Source: Vicugna vicugna
Taxonomy: Eukaryota
Reading direction: 5' to 3'
DNA length: 64,000 bases
Assembly: GCA_013265495.1 (NCBI GenBank)
Contig: MU058004.1
Coordinates: 248,001-312,000 of the forward strand
A program made the position numbers and the translations under genes. Below the pieces are notes generated by a model. That model was given only the letters and a program-made list of their open reading frames with translations. It had not been told where the DNA came from and searched no databases. Below, piece by piece: positions 12,963-26,531 of the stretch (the stretch's first letter is position 1; every line of letters begins with the position of its first letter).

Positions 12963-14373
12963 AAGGCTCAGGTAGACGAGGACTAAGTGACACCCGAGGA
13001 CCCGAGGGGTCAGCAGCCTCCCAGCAACGGAGGAAGGTCGTGAGTCTGCGGGCATCTTGCAGGGACAGGCACACCCACAGAACGAGGCGGCACCCCAACA
13101 ACCTCAGTGTGGCACGAGTTCAAGTTCAAGATGGGGCAGCTGGTTCCCTCTCCTTCCGTGACACCCATGGATTCCCATCTTCATTTGGACCAATCAAGGC
13201 ACCAGTTTGGCCACAACGCTCTTTCCACACTGAACACCCTGCCCCACGCACCACGGCTCATAGCACAGACCTCCAGCTGAGCCGCCCTCCGGCCACCCCT
13301 CTGCAACCCAGCAGGGTCCTCACTCAGGACCCCTCCCCACGGTCACCCTCCACAGGCCTGCCTGGCCTGAAGCCCGCAGACTCCTTGCCCTGCTCCCCTC
13401 AGTTGCTGGGGAACTCCAATCAATACCAGGGCTACATGGACGGAGGTGCCCCTGCCCACGCCCGGCACCCACACTTCCGGGAACTCATCCCACCGTGAAC
13501 CAAACGTCAGCCCCGCGGAAGCCATGGCAGGAGCGCCAGCCCCTCGTCCTGGCTGCTGGCAGCCCAAGAAGGACGAGGAAACCCAGAGACACAGGCCCCG
13601 GTTCAGGACAGCAAGGCCAGCCCTGCTGTGAGGATCCCGACAGACACGGGGCCCCTGGGAGACAGTCCCCGCTCACACACTCGCTCCCGGATGCCAGGCA
13701 GAGAGTCTGAGCGTTCTGTGCTCCTCTAACGGCTCCTCTGTCCGCCCACCCTCCCGGTGGCCCTTCTGCCCAACTCCTTGCGGCTCCGCAGCCTGGCTCC
13801 TGTCCCCGAGGCCGGTCCCTGCTTGTCCCAAGCCATCGCTGGCTCCCATGCCGTGACACTCCCCTCCAGCCCAGACCCCTCCCCGGCACCCTTCTGATCA
13901 GGCCTCAGCTCTGCCTCCACAAACCTGACCTGCCACTGGCCTACTAGCCGCATGCAGGCCACAGGCCCCGCGCAGTCGTCACACAGCGTGGTGACTGGGG
14001 ACGACCGGCGGGGAGAGGCTCAGGGCCAGGCGACAGCGGCAGGCGGGAGCTGGCTCTGAGCACACGGGGGCGGGCGGGGGTCACGTCCTGCCTGAGCCAG
14101 GCTCCTCCGCCACCCCCTCCAGGCCGTCGGCACCGGCTTCTGACGCACGTGAAATTTACTCACACGTCCAAGTTTCCTGTCGAACAACCACTGACCGCCT
14201 GAACCTGTGTCACACTCAACAGAGTGACACTATGAGTGTCTCTGTGATCAGAAGTCACCGTGGGAACCACTAGCTCATTCTCGGTAGGGTTTTACCCACG
14301 TTGGTAGCGTTAGCACTTCCACCTCTGCGCGCACGGGGAGTTTTAGGAAGAAGACTTAAACAAGCGGGCGTAC

Positions 14374-14403
14374 CTGTCTCCCCACGTTCTCCTGGAAAGC
14401 GGC
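14374..14403 (-). CDS. TBCD: TBCD coding mini-exon (exon 16 equivalent), 30 nt
   Basis: ctgcag|GCCGCTTTCCAGGAGAACGTGGGGAGACAG|gtacgc; encodes AAFQENVGRQ and bridges the flanking exons in frame. Confidence 0.95.
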
Positions 14404-16321
14404 CTGCAGGAGAGAACAGACAGGGTGGGGGTTAGGTGTGCGCGTGCCGGACGTCACAGGTAGACGCATAGCAAGGCCAGGGTGGGACAAGTTACCACGA
14501 CCATAGTTTCTAAATAAAGGTCTTCACAGCTGACCACCCTGAGCCTCCAGGGTGGCTCCTCTTTCTGCTTTCATGTCCCAGTGGCCTTTAAAACCACACC
14601 CTATGAACTCAAGTTTATAAAATCAGACGATCCTGAAAAACGGCCTTTAGCTGCAAACAAGCTTCACACCAACGCCTCATTCAAGGCCCTGGATTAAAAA
14701 CAGGAGCAGCGCCAGTCCGCTCGGTTAACTAAAAGCCCAAGACCCATTTTCCTGGGGGTCTGTGACAGTCGCCTGCAGGATGATGATGCGTGAACGCCAG
14801 GTCTCCACGCGCCACTCACAGGCCGCAGCACGGCTTTCAGAAGGTCGAAGCACGAACTGGGAGTGAGGTGCCCTCGGGTGGACTTCTTGCCTCTGACACA
14901 GCCCCACCCGAGCAGCCAGAGCCAGCACAGCGAGCCGCCAGCTACCAAGTGAGTGGGGCGAGCGGCGCGCAGGACACGACCTTGTCACCAAGAGTGTCTC
15001 CGGGCCAGGTCAGAGTGTGGAGGTCAGCGCTGCCGCTGCTCCAAGGAGCACGGGGTGGGGGATGACTGTGCCTGCAGGCGCAGCCCCATCGCCTTGGGTG
15101 GGAGCCGGGCCCACGAGGACGGGCAGGAGCTTCCCGGGAGCAAGGTCGTAACCCCCAGAACGTTCATGTCAGCACGGTTCACCACTCACCCGTGGGTGCT
15201 GGGAGGAGCACGTGCAGGTGCTCACGGGGCATCAAGAAACTGGAGCGTGAAGACCCCACGTGACATTTAATGGTGCACCCGACATGCCTGGCCGGTTCCA
15301 GGGACAACCGGACACCCAGCCCTGCCACGTGCTGTTCTGCAACTTCTGCAGTAAACTCAGAAGCGAGACCAGCGAAAGGCAATGGAGAAAAGATACAGTG
15401 TCAGCTTACACAGCACGCAACACTTGAACGTATTTACTGTTCTGGTGACGGCGTGAAGGCGGAAAGCACAAAGCACAAGCCCTGGAAGGCGACCCGACGC
15501 CACGGCAAGAAGGCCCGGAGGACGTGGGGGCCGAGACGGAGGGACAGACACACGTCAGGGGCGCAGGGCAGAACAGGGCGAAGGCTTCAGGATCGAGGGC
15601 CGCACAAAGAACCCTGGGCCCGACACAAACAGGGCCCACAAGACCAAGTCTGCCCACTGCCTCCTCGGAGCTCACAGTCCTGCCCCAGGAAAGGCCCCGC
15701 AAGAGGCGAGCAGGCAGCCCGCAGGCCCCCGGCTGGAAAGCACAGTGTCCGACCACTCGCCGCGCAGAGAAAGGACGATGCCCGCGTGAGCCAGGGCGGG
15801 GGCGGCACCAGGCACACTGCGCCCCACACCCCCCGAGAGCAGGAAGCAGCCTCCCGTGAAGGTCCCCTCCCGGTTCCTCCTGCCAATGAGGGAGACACAC
15901 CTGCACACTTCTCCCTCAGCCGCTTCCTTAAGCCTTCAGGAACAACTGCTTCTTTCTCTAAAAGTTGCGCGTGAACAGCCTGCTCTGGTTGCTGCGGGGG
16001 TCCCACTCTTAAGAGACCCCTGGGTGTACAAGTTAAATTGACTGCGTTTTTTCTCCTGCTAACCTGTCTCGTGTCAATTTAATTGTTAGACCCACTGAAA
16101 GAACTCAAGAAGGAAGGGGTGGGATGTCCCCTCCCCGACAACCACACACATTTCACCGAAGAGGACACAGTGGTGCACATCACACGAGAAGACGCTCCGG
16201 TCACCAGCCGTCAGAGACACCCCCTCACACCTCGTCAGAGCGACTGAAGCAGAAACAGATTGTAAGTTACACCACCGTCAGGTAGGGTCAGGGTTAGTCG
16301 GTTGGCTGAGTGTCTGAAAAC

Positions 16322-16385
16322 CAATTAACATGATACACAGCATCAGCAGAATAAAGGACAAAAACCACACGACCGTCTCCAAATC
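16322..16385 (+). mobile_element. Short L1 ORF2 (RT-region) fragment
   Basis: aacatgatacacagcatcagcagaataaaggacaaaaaccacacgaccgtctc resembles L1 atgtgatacaccacattaacagaataaaggacaaaaaccacatgatcatctc. Confidence 0.6.
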
Positions 16386-17659
16386 TCACACCCACTCAAG
16401 ACAAAAAAAAAAACTCCCAACAAACCAGCAAAACTTCCTAAGCCTGCCAGGCAGTATTCACAAAAAACCTAGAGACTGACTGCTGTCCCCCGACACGGAG
16501 AGCAGGGCAGCTCAACCAGAGAGACACGAAGGCTCCGGGAGTGGAAGGGAAGTGAGCTCTTCCCCAGGCCCGATGACGGGACCCTGTGAGCAGATCAGAC
16601 ACACACACACACGTGCACACACACACGCTCGGGGACCAGGACGCGAGGGTCCACGTGAGAGGGCCGGGAACTGGGGGTCCATGTTCCACAGGCGGTGCTG
16701 GGGCCCCAGGAAGCGTGTCGAGCAGGAGTGCCCAACCGGCCTGAGGATGGCGGGGCCAAGACACAGTGGTGACCACGACGCTGCCGTCCAGGCCGGGCCG
16801 CCCCGCCGCGCTCCCCTCACGGAGGAGGGAGACAAGGGCCCACAGGCTCAGCCCCTTGTGCTGGGATCCCCTGCAGCTGACCTCACTAACCGCTCACACA
16901 GGCCAGCTGTCAGCCACGGCCCCCAGCCCTCCCAGCCTGTGCGGAAGCCCTCCCCTCTGGGCAGGAAGGCCCTGGGGCCCACCCAACATGACACTGATGC
17001 CCCACGTCCCACCTCAGCGGTCTGAGCGCACCTGTGTGTCCTGACATCACGTCTGCCACCGAATCCACGCCCTCTGACCTAGCCAGGCACACAGTCCACA
17101 GCACCTCTTCACAGCCAGACTTCTGAGCTGCACCCACTGACACCTCGGACCCTCCTTTGCCTCGTTTTTCACAAGACACAGACAAGCACACAAATCGTAA
17201 CTGCCGTTCGACAAGTGATCACAAAGCAACTGACTCTTCAGTCTCCTCCGACAGAGACCCACTCCCGCCCCACTAACTCACACAACCTCTACCCGGACGC
17301 CCAGGCCCCGAGAGGTCAGCCGCCTGCCCCACCTTCCACCACCAAGCCCTGAACACGTGCGTCCGCCCCTCTCTGGGCGCCGGGAAGCCTGCCTTCGGCC
17401 TTCGCGTCTGCGGGCCAGGTGAGGCCCGTCTGTCAGGCCGGGGCTGCCCCTCCTGCTGCGTGGGTGGGCCAGCTGTCCTCACAGCCCACGTGGGGCCTTC
17501 AGTCTGACTGCTCTGGACTCCTCTGCATCCTCGCGGGGAGGGGACTCGACCTGCCCTGCCCTTCACAGGCTGCAGCCCACACCCCTCCCTGGGGCCCAGC
17601 CCCCCCACCCCAGGGAGCCACTCACACCCTCAAGGAAAGGAACAAACACGAGGACTTAC

Positions 17660-17717
17660 AGAGGCTGCTCTCCTGCAGCTCACGTTCCGGTCAAACACGG
17701 CGGCAAGCACCAGAGCG
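17660..17717 (-). CDS. TBCD: TBCD coding exon (exon 15 equivalent), 58 nt
   Basis: ctcacag|CGCTCTG...GCCTCT|gtaagt; encodes (S)ALVLAAVFDRNVSCRRAAS. Confidence 0.96.
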
Positions 17718-19331
17718 CTGTGAGAGAGAGAGACAGCGATTAATTCGCGGAAATCCGCACAGGCCCTGGATGTGGAAGCCACGGGACCCTTCCACGCGCT
17801 GGACACGCAGGGCGAGCCGTGAGCAGCTCGGCACCGGGGACCGTGGGAGGCGCACCGCAGGGCCAGCCAGGCCCTCAGGCCCTGCAGGACAGGACCATCT
17901 CGGGCACTCTGGGGCTCGGACAGAAGCAGCGCCCAGGAGACAAGGCGGCCACATCAGGGAAGGACATCCAATGTGCACGGAGAAGCATGCGGGCGGCCAG
18001 TGGAGCCCAGGAGACCAGCAGGGGCGCCCACCCCTCACCTGCCAGAGGCGGCTGGCCAGGCGGAGAAAGCGGCTGAGGTCCCCCGCTGCCCCACCAAGGC
18101 CAAGCCACACCCACGCCCGGAAGAAGGGGTCCCCAGCCACACTGTGCACCAGCCTCATCGAAACCCTCACTCCTGGACCATCCCCCTCTGTTGTTGGCGA
18201 CAAACCAGAGGCCCAGGCGACAACAGAAAACAGCGGAGACACAGCGCTGGGCCCGAGTGTGACTTGCCCTTCTGCATCTATCAGCCCACAGAGGAAACGT
18301 TCGCCAAGGGGCACCTCAGACACACAGGGGTCACCTGGAAGGGACGCTGTGCTCCCGCCTCTGCAGCCTGAGCCCTTCCTCCCGGCAGACCCCGGACCCC
18401 GGGACACTCCACTGTCACGTCCGCACCCTCCAGCTCCCCCAGCCGCACCTGTCTGTCGGGCAGACTGACGCCCCCTCCCAAAACCGTCCAGGCGCTAAGC
18501 CCCCGAACCAGTGACCGCACTGCACAACCTTGCATAAAGGAGTCAAGAGGCAGACGCAGCTAAGGTCATGAGATAAGCCTGGTCAAGCGCTGCCGGCACA
18601 AATGCCCTGGGAAGTGGGGGCAGGGGGCACGAGAGACCCAGAGCAGCAGCTCGAGGAGGACTCAGCGGAAGCTGCCAGCTGTGGAGCTGCAGGAAGGGCC
18701 ACTGGCCAAGGAACGTGGCGGCGCCTCCAGACACTGGAAAAGGGAGAAATGGGACTCTCCCCTGGGGCCCCTGGAAGAAGCCAGGCCAGGACACCCTGGT
18801 TCCAGCCCAGCAAGACCCAGGTGAGATGCGTCCCCTCCGCCCCCGCCCAAATGCTGAGATGCTCCCAGATGGTGAGAACCAGTGAGCCACTGATCTGCGT
18901 GGACACGTGGACCAGCCCACATGCAGTGTGCCAGGTGAAGGCAGCCAGCACGTGGCGCCTGCTCCCAGATGCCGCAGAGATGGCAATGCTCTGGGACCAA
19001 AAGCAGCCTGGTGGTGGCCAGGGCTCGGGGGTGGCTGACCACAAAGGGTGAAAGGAGGATTCTGGGGGTTCGGTACTGAAGGTGTGGACCCCAGGTCTAC
19101 GAAACCGTCCAATCCACACAACTGTCCACAACAAGGCTGAATTTCCCCGCAGGCAAATTAAAGAGACTACCAGGAAGTGGGGCCCCGGGATGGCAGAGGG
19201 AACGCGCTTGCGTGACAGAGACACCACACGTGGTGGCCGAGGACGGGAACTCTCCTCCGGGGGCCACTGTGCTGCTCATGGGGAGGACTAGCAGCTCTGA
19301 ACACCGCCCACAGGCACGAGGCTGCAGCGCA

Positions 19332-19430
19332 GGTGTCCACACGGATGGGAGGAGGGCGTCCACACGGCCAGAAGGGCGTCCACATGGGCAGGAGGGTGTC
19401 CATACGGCCGGGAGGGCGTCCACACGGACG
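19332..19430. repeat. 20-bp degenerate tandem repeat (about 5 units)
   Basis: gtcca(c/t) recurs at 19335, 19358, 19378, 19398 and 19418; unit approximately gggcgtccacacggccagga. Confidence 0.85.
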
Positions 19431-22400
19431 CGCGGGTGCAGTGGATACGGAGTGTGAGTGGAATCCAGGCCTTGGATCCTAACTACTTCTCTCCACTGAG
19501 AGGAACACAGCCTCCTGGAAGTGGCTGCCTCCAGGGCCAGGGCAGAGGGGAAAGGAAGAGCCTGGGCGTGTAGTGCTGGAGCTGAAACAGCATTAAAACG
19601 ACACAGGAGCCAACCTGAAACAGCCCGACAACCAGAGGCAGAGCGACCGGAGCAAAAAAATAACCATCGGTGACACCCAGGAGCAAGAGGAACATCCCCG
19701 AGTCTGCACCGATGAAAGGGAACGGCTAAACGGACACTTCTCCCCGTGGGAGAAGCTCGGAGGGGCCGCGGCCTCGCACGGGGCCCGACAGGCGCTGTGC
19801 GGGGAAACTGGATGGCTGCACAGTGTCAGGGCACCCCGAACACTTATCTGTTAAAGAAAGCATGTCCAGACCTCGACCTGGCGATCAAGGCCAACGTGGC
19901 CCGCAGTCACCTGGGACGCGCCCCAGTGCAACCCCGAGCGCACAGGGCCGAGCAGCCGCCGCGGTCCGATCCCTGCCCCTCGCAGTCTCGTCTGAGAGGC
20001 CAACAGTCGGGGAGCTGGTGAAGGGTTTTAAGGGAACTTTTCCACCATTTGGGAAATTCTTTGAGTCTAAAGGTGAATCAAACGTAAAGGATTTTTTGAA
20101 AACCAACTAAATATCTGAAGATTTTTTAAAGATCCAGTGTCAGTGTCTGGGACCCTCTTCTGTCACGGCTCCTTTTACGAGCTGGAGCTGAAAGCAATAC
20201 TGGCAAAACTCTATTAACAGAAAATTATTCCCTGACCCTCTCTCAGGTCTTTATCAAACTACAAACTATCGCCAAAGAGATTTCAGAAAGTACTCCACAC
20301 TAAAGGAAATACGCGACTGTCGCAGGACGATTTAAAGATTAACCGGTTCCATTTCAACACCACAACGGCTTTCGTTAACAAAATCTCAGAAATCATTAAA
20401 CCGAGCAGGACGCCTACTACTGTGATCTTTCCAGAACTAGAAATTGTATAACTACTGCTCTTGGCAAAAACATACTTGGTGTTTTTCTAAATACATTCTC
20501 ATAGTTGGTGGAGATGTAAGTGTTATGCTTACACATTGATCAGAGCCTATTTTTCCATCCGTAAGATCATACGTATTCGAGGAAAAGACATGAACCAAGA
20601 ATCTGCTTCCCTTTAAATCTGATGTAAGAAAAGTGTAGACACGTATCTTCACTGACTCTGGGTCCAGCCAATACTACCAAAATTTCACAGTTTACACTGA
20701 ATTCTTGAAATTTCCAGTTAATCTGTTTGGCCTAAACTACAGTTTTTAAATTATGGAACAATGATTAATGAGGAGAGACTGGAACAAATATAGAGAAGAA
20801 ATTTAAATCACCTACCATCCTAGAGGCTGGCCACAACCCCTTCAAGGTCACTGCAAACTTAGGCATCGGTTTAAACAACTCTTCAGCCCGATCTTGAGCC
20901 CCGGCCCCCAGTCCCCTCGGCTGTGGACACTGTGGCCCTGCCCCGGGCTAGCAGAGCTGAGTCGCAGCCCTGCTCTTCCCAGCGTGGCCAAGGCCACGAA
21001 GCCAAGTCCACGTCCACGCGCAGCACAGGTCCGAACGGACGGAGACAGCGTGGCTTCAAGCCCGCACGTTTACGCCATGACTGAGCCAAAACGTTAGCAA
21101 ACACCTGTGCTGTGGGGTCCTCCCCAGCTTTGCCATGTGATTGTCACTGCCTTCCCAGTCCTCCCCGAAAACCACAGGAGGCCCTACAAGGCAGGGGCTC
21201 CATCCACTGCCTTCTTTTCCACACCTCCTGGCGTCTGTGCCGCCCCCAACAGGCACCGTGAGTTACCAGAGGGACCCAGCCACATTCAGCGCCCCACAGC
21301 GAGGCCCGTCACAGGATAACGTAAGCTATGCCACGTGCACCCGCAGGCACCTCTCTGTTCAGCCTCGGGGGCCTATAGGACCTGACCCGTGGTGAGGTTA
21401 GGCTCAGCCCATAGCCCTCAGTTCTTGTGGCCACTGGCCACCCAGCAGGGGCTCCCAGAGATGGCATCGTGGGAGCCCCAGAGTGACACTGAGCATAAAT
21501 CACTGCGATGGAGCGCCCAACCTGCCTCTGGGCATATGGGCACACCCCGGCTCGCAGGGACCTTGGGGTGAGGTCACCTGACTTGGACACGCACAGGAAA
21601 GGGACCGATCACAGGGTGCCACCCATGGGCCCTGCACCTCAGTCAGGCTGCTCTTGCAGTCATGAGCGAACGGCTTGAAGTATTTACTGCGTTATGCATA
21701 TTTTACCAAACTTCACGGGACCCAGTAGGACAAATATAACAAAACCACTTAAAAAGCACAGCTCTTAATCAAATAGACTCAACTTAATTCAACAAATCCA
21801 CTGTGCATATACCTGTGAACGTGACAGGTTTTTAATGATGTTTTTATTTGGATTCAGTAAAAAAAAAAAAGTTATTTTAATCTCACTTTCAGAACAAAAC
21901 TGGCTTATCTAGAAATACCAGTATGTTTCAGACAAAAGCAAGCATGACAATATTGGTTAACGATAAACATGAGTGTCCCCTGGGGCCCTCAAGGTCCCCC
22001 CGTGCTGGGAAGCTTTCCTCCGCGGGACGGGGCTGAGCCTGAGTCGCACGCTTTCATTTCGCTACAGACCAGCGGCGACCATGCCGGCCACACCACAGCT
22101 CTTGGCGCTGGAGCTCTCAGGTGTCTGCCTGTCTGCTTTCGCTGCAGGAACTCAGGCGATACTTCACCAGGATTTCCCAACACAGAGAGATGGTCTGTGT
22201 CAAACAGAAAGGGACTTTCTTTCCTGTCCGAGTCAGGGAGCTGCGTGCCTGGACCTGCTCCGAGCTGCAGGCACCTGGCTTTCAGCAGGTTCAACAAAGA
22301 GCAGATCTCACCCCAAAGTCTGTATTTGTCAGCTTGTGTAATATTTTATAGCAACAGAAAACAAGATTCACTGTTTTTATCTTCAGTGACAGTAATCCTG

Positions 22401-24942
22401 TCTTTTCAAAGTCAACAACTTTGTAAAATATCAGACTAATCATTTATTACCCAGCCACATTGTTTGAAAGTTGCAGATCACACTGTTTCTGGAGTAAGAA
22501 CCGCCTGCGGCTGAATTTCCTCCCCTAAGTCATGAGCATCAAGGCCACACCAGCTGGCACGATGCTGAGACACTCTGAAGTCACAGGGAAGCCGGTGGGA
22601 CATTGACCAGGTGGGCAGGCGGGGGCCTTCTGGTCAGGAACCGCCACTTAACTCTCCTTGGAAAACAGAAAGGTCATCTTCCCTCTCAAGTGTGCCATCA
22701 AGAAGCACCGAGTGGGAACAAGACATAGCTCTGAGCAATGCCTGCCACTTCCTGATTTTTCAGGACAACCTTGCCCTCAAGGAAGCGATCTGGGAGCCAA
22801 TCCCCAGGCGCTGCCCACGCGGCCCTGCTGGTTAGGCTCGCTCCGCGAGGCCCAGGCGGGCACAGCCCCCGGCGAGGGAGGGGCCCCGCAGGGCTGATGT
22901 CAACAGGAGCTCGCTTACAGCAGAGTTTCAGGTGAGGAAATCGCTAGAAGGCAACACCAACGCACACGCTGGCAACAGGGCTAGTTTTTTTCCCTCTTCT
23001 TCTTGCAAATTAGTTCCTGATTACTGGTGAGAGGCATTTTCTAGACAACACACAACCGCTCTTGACGGCTTCACCTTTGTGTCTCATTGTTCCTAATTAC
23101 ACCTGGCTTCTCAGGAAGCCCCTTCCACAAAGTAACTGTTCCATCACCTTGCGCAGAACTCTTGGGAAAAACAGGCTTTCAAGGTCAACTGACACAAACC
23201 TAAACCATGATTAAATTTACCCCAAACTTCCTTTCTGGTATTTACGAAACAGGGAGGTGCACACACCCACACGGTGAGGTGAGAGGACATCCTCCAGGTC
23301 CCTCCGGGAAAGGCGGGCGGCCGGCCGGTCCTGCCTCCTCACCATCACTACCGCCCTCCTGCTCCCCATGGACACTTCTGTCCACTTGCAGAATTACAGG
23401 TGACCTCAACTGTCTACTTCTGCAGGATCGACTGAGGAATTTGTGAAAGTATAAAGATACCAAGATTTTATCATGTGCCAGGATTAATGGGCTTAAAAGC
23501 TGACAATTAAAATGCGGTCACTTATTATAAAGCACGGAAGGCAGACCTCGCAGGCCACACCCCAACCGATACTCTGGGCAAGGCTGGCTCACCTGGCACC
23601 GTGACTCACCCTCATCCACCCACCCACCGCCTGCAGCCCGACGGCCAGGGAGGCGGGAGCACAGCCTCCCTCAGAACCTGCCAAACAGGATGGAGAAGCT
23701 GCCGGGCACAGCTCCAAGGGCACCGGCTGGTCCGGTCCTGGGGCGGGCGCAGGGGCAGGGGAAAGGAGGGCCTTCCTGAGCAGGAGCTCCACAAGGCACA
23801 AACTCCAGGCTTAATTAGCAGAAATCAGGAAAGCTGTGAGCAGGAGCCTGGGCTCCCCTGCCGGATGGGGGTTCCAGTGTGTGTGAACTCACTGGCGCTC
23901 ACCGGGGCATGCCCAGGAAGTCCGGAGAGCCAGCCTCCTCTGAGATCAAAGGACCCAAGTGAACCAAACAAGCTGCTGCGGACGGACAGGTGTGGGTCAC
24001 CAGCACCCGCAGCTGCTCTGTCCCTCCGCTCAGTGCCGTTTCTTCAGTGAGTCCCTTCCCCCACCCCGCCCACCACCTCCCGGTTCACTGGGGCCACACA
24101 GTCACTTGTCTCGTCCAAGCCCTCTCCCATGGGAGCCAGCTCTCTCAGTGTGGGGCCCTTCCTCCCCTGAAGACGTGCCAGAGCCCCGACCATCTCCATG
24201 AAAAGCGTGGGAGTCTGGGGAAGGCCCCTCGCAGGCAGTCCGCCCAGGCAGTGGCCCACGTGGACCCTCCCACCACACCTCCAGGGGCCACGCTTCACAT
24301 TTATCTGCGATTTTCCTCCCGGATTGACACCTCCCTTTGCAAAGTCACTGGTGGGATCCGCATTGCCCTGTTCCTGCCTGCAGCTGGAAGAGCGGCCCCC
24401 CCAGCCCAGGACCTGCGCGAGAACTCGCTCTCCAGGCCGTGCACCAGTAGGGACGCCCACACCATTGCTTCTCACCAGGCTGGCGACGCGGTCTTGTGAC
24501 AGAGGCTCACACCCACAGGGACGAGACGCTGCTGCCCAAGCAGAGGCGGCGTGGGGTGGCCGCCTGCCCCCCTGCCCAGCTCCAGAGGTCTCTGCCGACC
24601 CCCCCAGCCTTCGGCCCTGCCCCTCCGGCTGGGCTGGACAAGGAGAGCTGTGGAGAAAGGAAAGGCGCAGACCCCTGCGACCTTGGAGCTCTCAGCCACA
24701 AGCGCCAAACTGAAAGGGCGTCCATCAGGATCGCTTTTGCTCCCAGGTGGGAACGACCGTCAGGAGCCCCACCTCCCCAAACCGCCCACGGCCCGGGTGA
24801 GGCAGCGCCGCAGGCGCGGAGCTGGGCCTGGCCCGGCATCGCCAGCCACGAGGCTCTGGACAGCGTCCTCGGAGCCCTGGCCCCTCACAGCACTGATGGG
24901 GGAGCAGAACCAAGAGCACCAACCTGAAGACTTTAGCGGGGT

Positions 24943-25036
24943 GGGGGGAGCACAGCTTGCGGGGAGAGCGCGTGCTAGGCTCACACGCCTCCTGGGCTCA
25001 GTCCCCAGTACCTCCATTTAAAATAAATCTTAAAAA
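24943..25036 (+). mobile_element. Degenerate tRNA-Ala-derived camelid SINE (vic-1 type)
   Basis: ggggggagcacagcttgcggggagagcgcgtgctaggc...cctgggctcagtccccagtacctccatttaaaataaat; A and B boxes decayed. Confidence 0.75.
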
Positions 25037-26234
25037 TTCTCTGAAAAGTTTCCAGGTCAAAAAAATTCAGGCAATGATTTAGAATTTCCCACATATGAAG
25101 ACATACATGAAAAAGGAATATGAGTGAAGCATCGAAAAAAAAGAAAAAACCAATTAAGAAAAACACTGAGACTCAGCTAACTAAATGCATAACAGGATGT
25201 CGACACACGTGTCCTGTCATAAAGGAAAAAAGGAAAAACGTAAAGTGAGAAATAAAGGCCCATCATCCTGAGACTGCGAACAGTAAGGAAACAGCGCTTG
25301 CTGCCACCTTCCAGCTGCAGGAGTAACTTCCCAAAGTCGAGGAGTGGAACCTGAGGGCAGCGGCCAGCCAGCGGCTTCCCCGGCGCTGCGCGGAGCCAAA
25401 CCACGTCGCATGGGCAGAGCGTGGGTGGGCAGGGGGCGCACCGAGGGCAGGGCCCCGGGCAGCCTGGGCTCTGCCAAAACAGCATCTCCACAGCCCACTG
25501 CCCTCCCGCTCCACCCTCCCTCCCAAGGGTGGACAAGACCAGGAGGAGGCAGGTGCTTTTACAACTTCCGCGGAAGCACTTTATCTCCTTGAGCAGGGAT
25601 CAGAGTCCTCGGGCTGTTCTGCGGGCTTCACCTTGATTCGAGATTGGGAGATACCAGCTGGCCATGAGGCCCGAGGGCCCTCTTCTGACCCCAGAGACGC
25701 CCTCCACAGGCTGCTCACGCTCCGGGCCGCATGCAGTGGGGGAACCAGAGCGCCCGGCCGAGGCGGCGAGGGCTCCACGACAGGGTTGCCTTGCGGCAGG
25801 TTAGGACCTGGGGGGGTCTCCCATTCTTTTTAGGGCATCTCCCTTGTGGGAGGCAGCTCCCAGGACCTGACACAATGCTGAAAGCCACTCCCCAGTAGAC
25901 ACTCACTCACCGGGTGAGTGTCACGCACCATGACTGGCCCGGAGGCTGCAGCGTGCTCAGCAGCCCCGCCTCTGGCTACTGAATCTACAAGCAAAGTGGA
26001 GGCCCCACCTCCCATTAAGTCACTGGAAGGCCCTTCAGCCCAGGAGGCAGAGCAGAGCCAACATCAATCGAACCCCCGCGCTCCTAGGGGCCCAGGGCAG
26101 GGCGCTCGGCCGGCCACGCTGCTCCCTCCAGGGAAGCAAAGGGTGTACTTTTCCGATCTCAGGAGGCAGGAGATTGTCATCCCACGATGCTGTCACTAGT
26201 CCACAGAGATCAGAGAACCGTGTATCAGACTCTA

Positions 26235-26531
<297 letters not shown>

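Noticed and set aside
17419-18468. 349-aa plus-strand ORF, and similar long ORFs (28401-29192, 61359-62393, 62362-63036)
   Set aside because: Low-complexity R/P/G/A-rich readings expected from stop-poor GC-rich DNA; no recognisable domain and non-ATG or weak starts.
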